Shown here piece by piece: positions 18,627 to 27,432 of a DNA stretch of 64,000 bases. This stretch comes from Clostridia bacterium (lineage in GTDB: Bacteria > UBA6262 > WVXT01). The notes beneath the pieces were generated by a model. It saw only the letters and a list, made by a program, of their open reading frames with translations, did no database searches and was not told the origin of the DNA. The DNA lies in NCBI GenBank assembly GCA_009619095.1, contig WJOT01000029.1, positions 736-64,735 of the forward strand, in the 5' to 3' direction. Position numbers and translations under genes: made by a program. Numbering within the stretch: position 1 is the first letter of the stretch; the number at the start of each line of letters is the position of its first letter.

Positions 18627-20615
18627 TTATCCTTTCTGTAAATTGCAGTATCGGTGACTTATCTTACCATTCTTTATTTTCGTTTTACCACCCTCTGAAT
18701 ATCTTTCTAAATGATCAACATGTGCATCTTCTATAAACACAATTTCATTACCACAAAGATGACAAACTTTATTCGCATCGTGAAGAGCTTTTTTCTCTTC
18801 AAAGCTATAAAAGCGACGGTCATTCTCAGGGTACCCTACAACTTCCCTTAACTTCTGAAACCATTTCTCGGTGCGTAATTTTACCTTTTGAGTATCATAT
18901 GTGCCTTTCTCTATAGATTCGATAAACGCCATATTTTTAGTCATAAGCTCAATAAACGCATCTTTGATGAGCATGGCTTTTTTTATAATATCTCGTTTTT
19001 CGTATTGAGTAAAGCCATACATTTGCACATCAAATATACCTTCGTTTATTTTATCTTCGCGATATCCATTGGCATCATCTTCATCACCTAACTGCCAGCG
19101 CCTAAAGGATAAATCGCCAAATACGGTTTGGCACAACTCTACTGAATTCTTAAACATAGCTGTCTTTTCTTCTTTCTGCTTTTCAGATATTTCACGATTA
19201 CTTTCCATATAACTGTTAAGGAAGCTTGTTAGTGATCCTTTATATTTTCTTTCAGTTAAATCTGTAAAAGCAAAAAAGCGAAGAATTCTCTCCATATCAA
19301 TCATCCGTTTATGAACTCCTCTAAGGCCTTGAATTCTTTGAAAATCTTTATTTTCAGCTAATGTTTTCAGTAGGTTATTAAAGCTTCCTCTATAAATGCA
19401 ATTGCGGAGTTCCTGTTCATTAAGTTTGACCGATCCCCGATTTAACCTTTCGAAGATGTCGAATTTAATGTCCTTATGGGATTCCTTTAAAATTTTAATT
19501 ACTCTGATAGGATAGTCGGCTATCGAATCTTGTAATTCCTCAGATAGATCTGTATAAGTTTTTCCATTAAGCTCCTTTAAAACACGAAGCCCAGTAAGTT
19601 TAAAGCCGTCCTTCTTCATGAAATTATAAAAGGTCAGCATCCTCTGCTGCCCATCAACTACTAATTCCTTTCCAGCATTTTCTTCTGCCACATAAATAAC
19701 AGGAATGGGGACCCTGAGCAAAACCGATTCAATAAGCCTACTTTTCAACTTTGGTTTATTATCCCAAATATAATAACGCTGAAATTCTGCACGGGCAATT
19801 AACTTCCCCTTGTCAACTTTCTCACATAAAAGTTTTATAGGAGGATCTCCTGCCTCTGATATAATCTTCCTATCACTTACGGGAATATCAAAGAAACCTT
19901 CCTCTTCAAGCCGCTCATCAAAATCTACATCATCTGAAGAAATGACCTCTTTTTTACCCCATAGTTCTTTAACAGGGGCGAAATAAAAGAACCGAGATAG
20001 AGACCGAGTATTTTTAAATGTGAACTTCTCTCGGAAAGATATAACAGCATTCTTGGTAAGAACAATCTGCTCACCCCAGCTTTTCTGCTTAATCGAGGAT
20101 ACATTGCCTAGCTTAAAAGCATCAATAATCTTATACCTGTGAGACAAAGATAGAATGCTCAGATTTTCCATGGGGCTATATACAAACATTAGATCATTTA
20201 TCATATTGGCATTCTGGCCTGTTAGTCTATTTCTCTCGGTGTTAGCAGAATAGAGCTTATTAAGAAGCTCTACTTTTTCGTCATCAGAATCGCATTGCAG
20301 AATGGATGTTACTAGCTTATATAGCTTCTTATCTTGCTTAAATTCCTGCATAATCCTACGCCATGAGCCCTGAGGTATTAGGGATCTTGCAGATGGCTCT
20401 ATGTCGGAATCTGCGATACCCTTAGCATGGCTATCGAGAAAGCGAATATAGTAATCGATGTCTTCGGGGCTTAGTTTTTCGCCGGAAGGAAGGATTTCAT
20501 CCCAAAATTCCCTGAACTCCTGACTTTGCTGTTCCCATATTTGCCCTGCATCTTCTTCGTTGAACTCTGTAAGAAATTGGGCATGTAATGCTTTTAATTC
20601 CGCTGTCTTGCTCAT
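18627..20615 (-). CDS. DUF262 (ParB-like nuclease, GmrSD N-domain) protein with a C-terminal HNH motif and a ~270 aa unknown N-terminal domain
   Basis: FQRYYIWD and VVDGQQRMLTF are DUF262 motifs. The C-terminus CHLCGNEIVFIEDAHVDHLERYSEGGKT..NGKISHRYCN is HNH. Confidence 0.8.
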   Translation of the reverse strand: MSKTAELKALHAQFLTEFNEEDAGQIWEQQSQEFREFWDEILPSGEKLSPEDIDYYIRFLDSHAKGIADSDIEPSARSLIPQGSWRRIMQEFKQDKKLYKLVTSILQCDSDDEKVELLNKLYSANTERNRLTGQNANMINDLMFVYSPMENLSILSLSHRYKIIDAFKLGNVSSIKQKSWGEQIVLTKNAVISFREKFTFKNTRSLSRFFYFAPVKELWGKKEVISSDDVDFDERLEEEGFFDIPVSDRKIISEAGDPPIKLLCEKVDKGKLIARAEFQRYYIWDNKPKLKSRLIESVLLRVPIPVIYVAEENAGKELVVDGQQRMLTFYNFMKKDGFKLTGLRVLKELNGKTYTDLSEELQDSIADYPIRVIKILKESHKDIKFDIFERLNRGSVKLNEQELRNCIYRGSFNNLLKTLAENKDFQRIQGLRGVHKRMIDMERILRFFAFTDLTERKYKGSLTSFLNSYMESNREISEKQKEEKTAMFKNSVELCQTVFGDLSFRRWQLGDEDDANGYREDKINEGIFDVQMYGFTQYEKRDIIKKAMLIKDAFIELMTKNMAFIESIEKGTYDTQKVKLRTEKWFQKLREVVGYPENDRRFYSFEEKKALHDANKVCHLCGNEIVFIEDAHVDHLERYSEGGKTKIKNGKISHRYCNLQKG

Positions 20616-20713
20616 ATTATGACCTCCGCTTGTTTTATTTTCTATTTTTCAGTTCTTCAGGAAAACTCTCAAGCAATTTATTAGCTAACATCCAAATTAG
20701 AAATCAAAATCCC

Positions 20714-21103
20714 CTACACGACAAAATACCCCATAACCGTCAGAAAGACGCCAAGGGCTAGGATTATGACCAAATGAACCACTAATAGGGCCACATTTTT
20801 CTGGTATGCCTCTGTCAATTTGGCTACCGTATTCGGTAAAATGATTAACCAGGCGCCTTTAATGAACCCAAGCCAACCAAAAATTGTAATGATTACAACC
20901 CAGTTAGCCACCCATACATTGTGAAATAGCACTATAAGAAGACCAAAGAAAAGAGCCATTACTCCGCCTAAATAAATCAAAGCAGAATTTTTACAGAAAT
21001 CTCCCATAACCTTCTGATAGGTTCTCAGGTTAAAGAGAATTCCTACTGCGACAATGATACAATACGGACCAAGAAGTTTAGCGAGAAAAATCGAGTTTTC
21101 CAT
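20714..21103 (-). CDS. Small four-helix membrane protein of unknown function
   Basis: 129 aa with four hydrophobic segments. No recognisable motif. Confidence 0.5.
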   Translation of the reverse strand: MENSIFLAKLLGPYCIIVAVGILFNLRTYQKVMGDFCKNSALIYLGGVMALFFGLLIVLFHNVWVANWVVIITIFGWLGFIKGAWLIILPNTVAKLTEAYQKNVALLVVHLVIILALGVFLTVMGYFVV

Positions 21104-21403
21104 GTGAACCCCCTTTCATATTGTTATTTTACTGCACCCCCGGCAGGAGGCAACGAGAATGGCACGGATTATGCCTCTAGTGTATATGTTTTCCACTTAC
21201 GTACGGCTCTCCTCTTGCATTTTCTTTTATAAATGCCTATTTTTAAATAAGTTAACTGTTTATTATATACCTCCTTTTGAAAGCATTTTAGCTTTAAAGG
21301 TTTTATATTTTTTTATAGGTTGTTACTGATTACGGGCATAAAGGTCTTGGGCGACCACTTTCCCCCTCACCTTTATCCTCTCCCACCAGGGGAGAGGAGT
21401 CTC

Positions 21404-23416
21404 TTATATTTCTCCGGTATTATATAACTTCACCATAACATCTACAATTTGAGGGGCAAACTGGGTGCCTTTGTATTTTTTAAGTTCATTTATTGCATCC
21501 TCTTTTGTCAAAGCAGGTCTGTAAGGTCTATGTAGAGTCATAGCATCAAAAGCATCGGCAACTCTTATTATTTGAGCAAAGAGGTGAATTTCTTCTCCTT
21601 TTTGTTGGGAGGGATATCCTGAACCATCGAAGTTTTCATGATGATAGAGTATACCGGCGCAGATATCTTCACCGAGCCATTCCCGGACAGGGGTGATAAT
21701 CCTTATACCATTTATAGGGTGTTCTTTTATAACCTGCCATTCATCTTTATTCAAACGACCTTTTTTAAGAAGAATTGTATCAGAAATACCTATCTTTCCT
21801 ACATCATGAAGCTGAGCAGCCCATTTAAGGTCAGATAACCCATTAGGATAAAGCCGGAGTTGCTTCTCTAAACTCTTTCCCATGAGGGTACAATATTGAG
21901 CTACTCTATCAGTATGACCACGAGTATAGCGGTCCTTGGCTTCAATTGCTGAGATTAAAGTATTCTGGGAGGCTACAATAAGCTGGATTTTTTCCTCGTT
22001 GAGCATAAAACCATGAATTGCACGGGCGGTATGGTTAGATAAAGATGAGAATAACTCTAAGTCCTCAAGGGTAACGATATCATTGAGGTTTAATTTATGA
22101 CCTATGTTGATTAAGGCTAAAAGTTTATCTTCACAAAAACAGGGTATGGCTACCTCTGCACCCAGACGTTGCATCTGGGCAGTTATCTTAGAGAGAAACC
22201 CTCTTTCTTCAGATGGAGTTGTTTCTATATCGAGGGAGTATTTTAACTCACTATACACCACAGGCTTTCTTTTTCTTAAAAGTTCAACAATTAGGGGATT
22301 ATCCTGGGAAAGGGTTAAACCTGTAGGGATTTTCTCCTTATTTTTTGCATGGGTAAAGCTGCTGTGTAATACAAATTTTTTGGTATGATTGTCCCAAACA
22401 AGAACCCCTACATAGTCTAATCTAACCCAGTAGCTTAAATCACGAGTTAAATAGGTTAAGAGTTCGTGTATGTTTTTTGCTTTAGAAATTCTCTCAGCTT
22501 CTTTTTTAAGAATTGGGCGGTAAGCAAATTTTTTAGAGAGTTCACTCTCTTCCATATTCCTTACAAGGTTTATGAGGCGAAACAAACCGATACCAACTAA
22601 GAAGGCAAGAGAAATAGGAAAAAATATCCAGTTTTTACCCCAGAGTTTGTAGAAATAGGATTGCAGGTAGAAAGGAGCTATATAGATAATTACTGCTGCC
22701 ACAATTGATAAAAAAGTTATAATGGATATCTTCTTTAGAATAATCTCTACATCTAAGGCTTTATAGTATACACCAGCATAAGCGGTGATGGCGATAAAAA
22801 ACAGTATGAAAATAAAACCTATGGGATAAGGAATTTGCACTCCATAAGCGGGAAGATAATCTATACTTGCGAAACAGGCTACAAAAAAGCCTATTGATAT
22901 AAGACGTCTTCGTTGTCGTTCAAAGGGAGAAGTTGTTGACTTATACCCAGAATAGAAATTAAAAAAAGCTAAAATAAAAGGCAACGCCCAAAAGAATAGA
23001 AAAACATTATGACTTCTCCCAACTATATGGTGTCTGCCCCAAAGAGTTTCCTGAGTGCCAATTATAAAATCTTTACGGAATACCAAAGATAGAAGTAGAA
23101 AGCTAAGAAGATACATAAAAGGAATCCATCTTTTCTGTTTTTGTAAGTTATTGGTACTCACAGAAAAATGGTAAACTACAGCGGGAATAAAAGCTACTCC
23201 AATATAAACTAATCTTGTCCAAAATATAGCAATATCAGAAGTTTTAGAAGACCATGCTAAAACATTTCCAAACTTCCACAGCATTATGCTAAAACAAAGT
23301 ATGGAAAATCTACGGGCTACAGCAGAAGACTTACTTTTTAATAAAACGAATAGACCAAGAGCCAAAGTACATAAACCTGTCAATAATGGAGGTAGAGCAA
23401 AAATAGATATGTTCAT
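21404..23416 (-). CDS. 7TM sensor - GAF-like - HD-GYP domain protein (putative c-di-GMP phosphodiesterase)
   Basis: N-terminal multi-TM region. The C-terminal HD-GYP has HDVGKIGI and HHENFDGSGYP. I set the start at MNISIF (ATG 23416) because the 31 upstream ORF codons translate REP units. Confidence 0.85.
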   Translation of the reverse strand: MNISIFALPPLLTGLCTLALGLFVLLKSKSSAVARRFSILCFSIMLWKFGNVLAWSSKTSDIAIFWTRLVYIGVAFIPAVVYHFSVSTNNLQKQKRWIPFMYLLSFLLLSLVFRKDFIIGTQETLWGRHHIVGRSHNVFLFFWALPFILAFFNFYSGYKSTTSPFERQRRRLISIGFFVACFASIDYLPAYGVQIPYPIGFIFILFFIAITAYAGVYYKALDVEIILKKISIITFLSIVAAVIIYIAPFYLQSYFYKLWGKNWIFFPISLAFLVGIGLFRLINLVRNMEESELSKKFAYRPILKKEAERISKAKNIHELLTYLTRDLSYWVRLDYVGVLVWDNHTKKFVLHSSFTHAKNKEKIPTGLTLSQDNPLIVELLRKRKPVVYSELKYSLDIETTPSEERGFLSKITAQMQRLGAEVAIPCFCEDKLLALINIGHKLNLNDIVTLEDLELFSSLSNHTARAIHGFMLNEEKIQLIVASQNTLISAIEAKDRYTRGHTDRVAQYCTLMGKSLEKQLRLYPNGLSDLKWAAQLHDVGKIGISDTILLKKGRLNKDEWQVIKEHPINGIRIITPVREWLGEDICAGILYHHENFDGSGYPSQQKGEEIHLFAQIIRVADAFDAMTLHRPYRPALTKEDAINELKKYKGTQFAPQIVDVMVKLYNTGEI

Positions 23417-23427
23417 AAGATATACCT

Positions 23428-23530
23428 CGCGCTCCGATGAATCGGAGCTACTCCACGCAGACTGAAGTCTGCTACTCCAAACGCTCCGATGAATCGGAGC
23501 GGCTACCATTGGAGTTTTGGGGACACAATA
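23428..23530. repeat. REP array A (three ACGC-hairpin-GCTACTCC units plus a partial 21-mer)
   Basis: Units lie at 23428-23454, 23455-23478 and 23479-23507, with GGGGACACAATA at 23519-23530. Confidence 0.8.
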
Positions 23531-23549
23531 GGCCCCGCTTTAGCATAAG

Positions 23550-26270
23550 CTAATAGAGTAAGTTCTTTGGTTTCAAATATTTGTACAACTCACCTAACCA
23601 TAATACCGAAGACGATAAAAGGATTATAATGAGTATTTCTAATAAACCTAAGGGCGCAAATTGAAATACGCCCTGGAAAAATGGGACATAAAGTACCATG
23701 GCTAACAGAAAAACAGAAGCTATAAGAGATGCGACTATAAAATTATTGCTAAAAAGACCTATCTTGAAAACAGACCTTTTAAGTGAACGCATATTTAAAA
23801 CATTAAATAATTGAGTGAATGCCATAACAGTAAATGCCCCTGTCCTTGCCTTTTCTATTCCGCTTGGCAAATAGGTATTAAAAATAATTAATGTAAAAAT
23901 AACCATAATACCGGCCATGATGAGAATGAAAGGGATGATTTCTTTTGATAAAATATTTTCTTTTGCCTTTCGTGGAGGTTCTTCCAAAACGTCCTCATGA
24001 CTTGGTTCAGCGGCTAAGGCAACATCGCTAACCCCATCAGTAACCAAATTGAGCCATAACAGCTGAGTAGGTAGCAATGGCAATGGAAGGCCAAGAAGCA
24101 TTGTAGTTATAATACTTATACTTTCTGCAAAATTAGTAGTGATTAGAAAAGAACTTGCCTGTCTTGTATTCGTAAAAACAGTTCTTCCTTCTTCTATTGC
24201 ATTCATAATAGAAGAAAAATTATCATCAGCAAGCACAATTGCGCTTGATTCCCTTGCTACATCAGTACCAATTATACCCATGGCAATTCCGATATCCGCT
24301 CTTTTAAGTGCAGGTGCATCATTAACCCCGTCCCCTGTCATGGCAACAATATGGCCTTGTTTCTGTAAAGTCTCAACAATTCTTAATTTCATACCAGGAG
24401 TTAACCTGGCAAAAACAGAAATATGTTTTATTATTTCTTCAAACTCTTCTTCTGAAAGCTTTAGCAATTCTTGTTCAGTAAGAACCTCTGGACACTTACT
24501 TTTTGTCTTTTCGCCAATCATCCCTATCTCTTTAGCGACGGCAACAGCTGTGTCCTTATGGTCTCCTGTCTTCATAATAACTCTAATACCTGCTTTCCTG
24601 GCTTTAGCAATTGCCTCCTTTACCTGGGGCCTTGGAGGATCTAGCATACCAACAACGCCAACCAAAACAAGATCATTGACCAAATCTTCTGACAGGTTAT
24701 CTGTACTGACAGGGGTTATCTTGTAAGCTAAGCCAAGAACTCTCATTGCTTTCTTTGCCAAACCTTGTATTCCGGCGAGAATTTCCTGTTTCTCTTCCTG
24801 AGTTATCTTCTTCTCTCCTTTTTCCCAAAGAGTAAAAGAGGAATGGGCAAGAACAGCCTCGGGAGCTCCGATAACATAAATTTCTTTCTTCCTATCTTCT
24901 TTCACAAGTACTGAAAGTGATGCTCTATATTTCAATTCCGGATTAAATGGTAAATCATCTATTCTTTTCTCTTTTTCCAGCAACTCTTCTTTCTTTAATC
25001 CAGCCTTTTCTGCAAGAGCAACCAAAGCAGCCTCTGTGGGGTCACCAATAATTTTATATTTTTCGTCCTCTTCTTTTACTATCCTTGCATTATTACAAAC
25101 ACAAGCGATATGTAAAAGTTTTGATAAACGAGAATTTTCTAATGGAGCAATGATGTTATCTTTTTGAGAAAAATCCCCTGAAGGCTTCCAGCCTTCTCCT
25201 GAAACAGTGATTTCATCTTCACCCGGCAAAATTATCTTCTCAACATTCATGGTGTTTTGCGTTAATGTTCCTGTCTTGTCGGTTGCAATAACTGTTGCTA
25301 CCCCAAGAGTTTCAGTTGCCGGCAATGTTCTAATAATAGCATTTCTTTTTGCCATCCTGTGGGCACCAATAGCAAGTACTATTATCAGTACTGCGGGCAA
25401 TCCTTCCGGAATTCCAGCAACAAGAGAAGCTATTGTAAAAAGAAAAATTTCAGAGAATTCAAACCCTCGAGCAAAAAAACCGACCAGGAATACTATAAAT
25501 GCACAGACAACCGCAATAATACCCATTTGTCTTGCCAGAATAGCTGTCTTTTTTTCAAAATGACCCTTGACTTTTTTTATCTTTTCTATACTAGTAGCTA
25601 CTTTACCAATGGCTGTTTTAATACCCGTAAATACCACAACAGCCTTAGCCTGTCCGCCGGCAACAAATGTCCCCATCCATACCATATTCTTACGGTCAGC
25701 TAAACCTGTTTTTTCAGGTAGCACTTTAACGTCTTTGTCAATAGGAAGTGACTCGCCAGTTAAAGAAGCCTCTACTGTCCTGGTGTTTTTCACTTCAAGA
25801 AGCCTTGCGTCAGCAGGAATTCTGTCACCCTCTTCTAAGAAAATAATGTCTCCGGGCACTAATTCTTTCGCATGTACTTGCAGTAATTTTCCTCCTCGGA
25901 AAACCTTTGCATAAGGCACAATCATCCTTTTTAAAGCCTGAATTGATTTCTCTGCCTTATTCTCTTGAATGAAGCCTATTACGGCATTAATTAGAATTAC
26001 AGCTAAAATTACATAAACATCAACTGCATGGCCAACGAAAAATGAAATGGCAGCAGCGGCAATAAGGATATAAATTAGAATGCTATGAAATTGCTTAAGG
26101 AAAATCAGAACAGGATTTTTAGCTTTTTTCTCAGGTATTTCGTTAGGGCCAAAGTCCTGTAAGCGGGTCTTTGCTTCTTTATGCGAAAGTCCGCTTATCC
26201 CGGAAGATAATTTATTCAGCACTTTTTCAACAGGGTCTGAATGAAATGAATTATTTAACATCTGAATCAT
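23550..26270 (-). CDS. P-type cation-transporting ATPase (P2, Ca2+/SERCA-like)
   Basis: DKTGTLT phosphorylation site, TGES, MTGDGVNDAPAL and ten predicted TM helices. Confidence 0.9.
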   Translation of the reverse strand: MIQMLNNSFHSDPVEKVLNKLSSGISGLSHKEAKTRLQDFGPNEIPEKKAKNPVLIFLKQFHSILIYILIAAAAISFFVGHAVDVYVILAVILINAVIGFIQENKAEKSIQALKRMIVPYAKVFRGGKLLQVHAKELVPGDIIFLEEGDRIPADARLLEVKNTRTVEASLTGESLPIDKDVKVLPEKTGLADRKNMVWMGTFVAGGQAKAVVVFTGIKTAIGKVATSIEKIKKVKGHFEKKTAILARQMGIIAVVCAFIVFLVGFFARGFEFSEIFLFTIASLVAGIPEGLPAVLIIVLAIGAHRMAKRNAIIRTLPATETLGVATVIATDKTGTLTQNTMNVEKIILPGEDEITVSGEGWKPSGDFSQKDNIIAPLENSRLSKLLHIACVCNNARIVKEEDEKYKIIGDPTEAALVALAEKAGLKKEELLEKEKRIDDLPFNPELKYRASLSVLVKEDRKKEIYVIGAPEAVLAHSSFTLWEKGEKKITQEEKQEILAGIQGLAKKAMRVLGLAYKITPVSTDNLSEDLVNDLVLVGVVGMLDPPRPQVKEAIAKARKAGIRVIMKTGDHKDTAVAVAKEIGMIGEKTKSKCPEVLTEQELLKLSEEEFEEIIKHISVFARLTPGMKLRIVETLQKQGHIVAMTGDGVNDAPALKRADIGIAMGIIGTDVARESSAIVLADDNFSSIMNAIEEGRTVFTNTRQASSFLITTNFAESISIITTMLLGLPLPLLPTQLLWLNLVTDGVSDVALAAEPSHEDVLEEPPRKAKENILSKEIIPFILIMAGIMVIFTLIIFNTYLPSGIEKARTGAFTVMAFTQLFNVLNMRSLKRSVFKIGLFSNNFIVASLIASVFLLAMVLYVPFFQGVFQFAPLGLLEILIIILLSSSVLWLGELYKYLKPKNLLY

Positions 26271-26308
26271 TTAGCCTCTCTACTGGACTAACGTTACGGC
26301 CTAGTTCC

Positions 26309-26434
26309 GGGGACACAATACTTAATTATTCTTCTTTGGAACTATGGCATTTGTTCCTTTGTATAACACGCTCCGATGAATCGGAGCTACTCCACGCAGA
26401 CTGAAGTCTGCTACTCCTTTTCACACGCAGACTG
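26309..26434. repeat. REP array B (21-mer GGGGACACAATACTTAATTAT plus 2.5 hairpin units)
   Basis: 21-mer at 26309-26329; units at 26368-26393 and 26394-26417; partial unit at 26424-26434. Confidence 0.8.
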
Positions 26435-26587
26435 ATTCTATTTTCGCACCTTTTACCAATTAAGGAGTTAAAGTGTTTTATTAAGTTTTTGGGGAAACCA
26501 TAAGTTTTTCTGATAACTTTTCTTACCAAGGTCAGCTCTGCCCGTACTTCGTGGCCAAATTTTCTCATGACCGCATGTCGTGAATTA

Positions 26588-26974
26588 TCACTTCTTTTTT
26601 TTCAAAACCGCCTTTATTTTCGCAATTGCTTCTGATGAGTCAAAAGGTTTTATAAGAAACGTTTTGACCCCCACCGTATTCATACGTTTAGCGTGTTCTT
26701 TTTCCACATAGAAGCCAGTCATACCAATAATAGGAATATTTGCAGTTTTGCGAAAGCGTTTCAGTTCAGAAGCAACGTGAAACCCGCTCTTCTTTCCCAA
26801 CTTAAGGTCAAGCAATATGACATCCGGTTTTATCTTAGACACCATCTTTAGGGCAGATGTGCCATCGCTAAAGACCACAGTATCATACCCGGTCAAATTC
26901 AACATCTCCTGAAGTTCTTCTAAGAACTCTTTATTATCGTCAATAACCATTATCTTCTTTTTGGGCATCTTCAC
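26588..26974 (-). CDS. Single-domain response regulator (receiver only)
   Basis: CheY-like: IMVIDDN, DVILLDLKL, and the conserved Lys in FLIKPF. Confidence 0.85.
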   Translation of the reverse strand: MKMPKKKIMVIDDNKEFLEELQEMLNLTGYDTVVFSDGTSALKMVSKIKPDVILLDLKLGKKSGFHVASELKRFRKTANIPIIGMTGFYVEKEHAKRMNTVGVKTFLIKPFDSSEAIAKIKAVLKKKK

Positions 26975-27033
26975 ATCCTTGCTTTTTAACTTTTTTCAAA
27001 TTTCTGTTCCACAATCTGAAATAGCTGTTGCTG

Positions 27034-27432
27034 TTAGGCAGGGGCCTTGCCTGATAGTTCTTTAATCTTGTTAAGCAATACTTCTATATCGAAGGGTTTA
27101 CTAACAATCCCCTCTGCCAGCCTTAAAATGTTTTCCTCTTTATCTTTACAGATTATCCCTTCCTGCAACTCCTTGCTCAGAGGTCTTCCAGTTAAAATAA
27201 TAACTTTAAGCTCCTTATTTTGTCCTTTTATGCCCTCTAAAATATCAAGTCCACTTAAACCGGGCATCTTGACATCCAGAATGAGAATATCGTAATTGTA
27301 TTTTTCAACGAGCCTTTTCCCTGTTAAGCCATCAAATGCCGTAGTTACATGGTAGCCCTCATCTATCAGGATTTCTGCTATTTCTTCACACAGTTCTTCA
27401 TCATCATCAAGCACAAGGATTCTTTTTTTCAT
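27034..27432 (-). CDS. Single-domain response regulator (receiver only)
   Basis: CheY-like: ILVLDDD, DILILDVKMPG, VSKPF. 4-nt overlap with the kinase gene. Confidence 0.85.
   Translation of the reverse strand: MKKRILVLDDDEELCEEIAEILIDEGYHVTTAFDGLTGKRLVEKYNYDILILDVKMPGLSGLDILEGIKGQNKELKVIILTGRPLSKELQEGIICKDKEENILRLAEGIVSKPFDIEVLLNKIKELSGKAPA

Noticed and set aside
21104-21403. 300-nt gap upstream of the small membrane-protein gene as a riboswitch (fluoride or guanidine type), with the 129-aa protein as CrcB or an SMR exporter
   Set aside because: The protein lacks the CrcB GGxTTFS motif and the SMR Glu14 signature. I could not recognise any known aptamer consensus in the leader. One end of the gap is just a GGTGAGGGGGA-family repeat.
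24139-24726. Long plus-strand ORFs antisense to real genes (for example 24139-24726, 25207-25914, 27349-27828, 49103-49600, 4043-4408, 57203-57619)
   Set aside because: These are shadow frames of well-supported minus-strand genes, with low-complexity Ser/Leu/Ile-rich translations and no motifs or start context.
26326-26568. 80-aa minus-strand ORF between the receiver gene and the ATPase
   Set aside because: The C-terminal half (RLQSAWSSSDSSERV...) is a translation of REP units identical to those at 23428-23507. The remaining ~50 codons have no motif or convincing ribosome-binding site.
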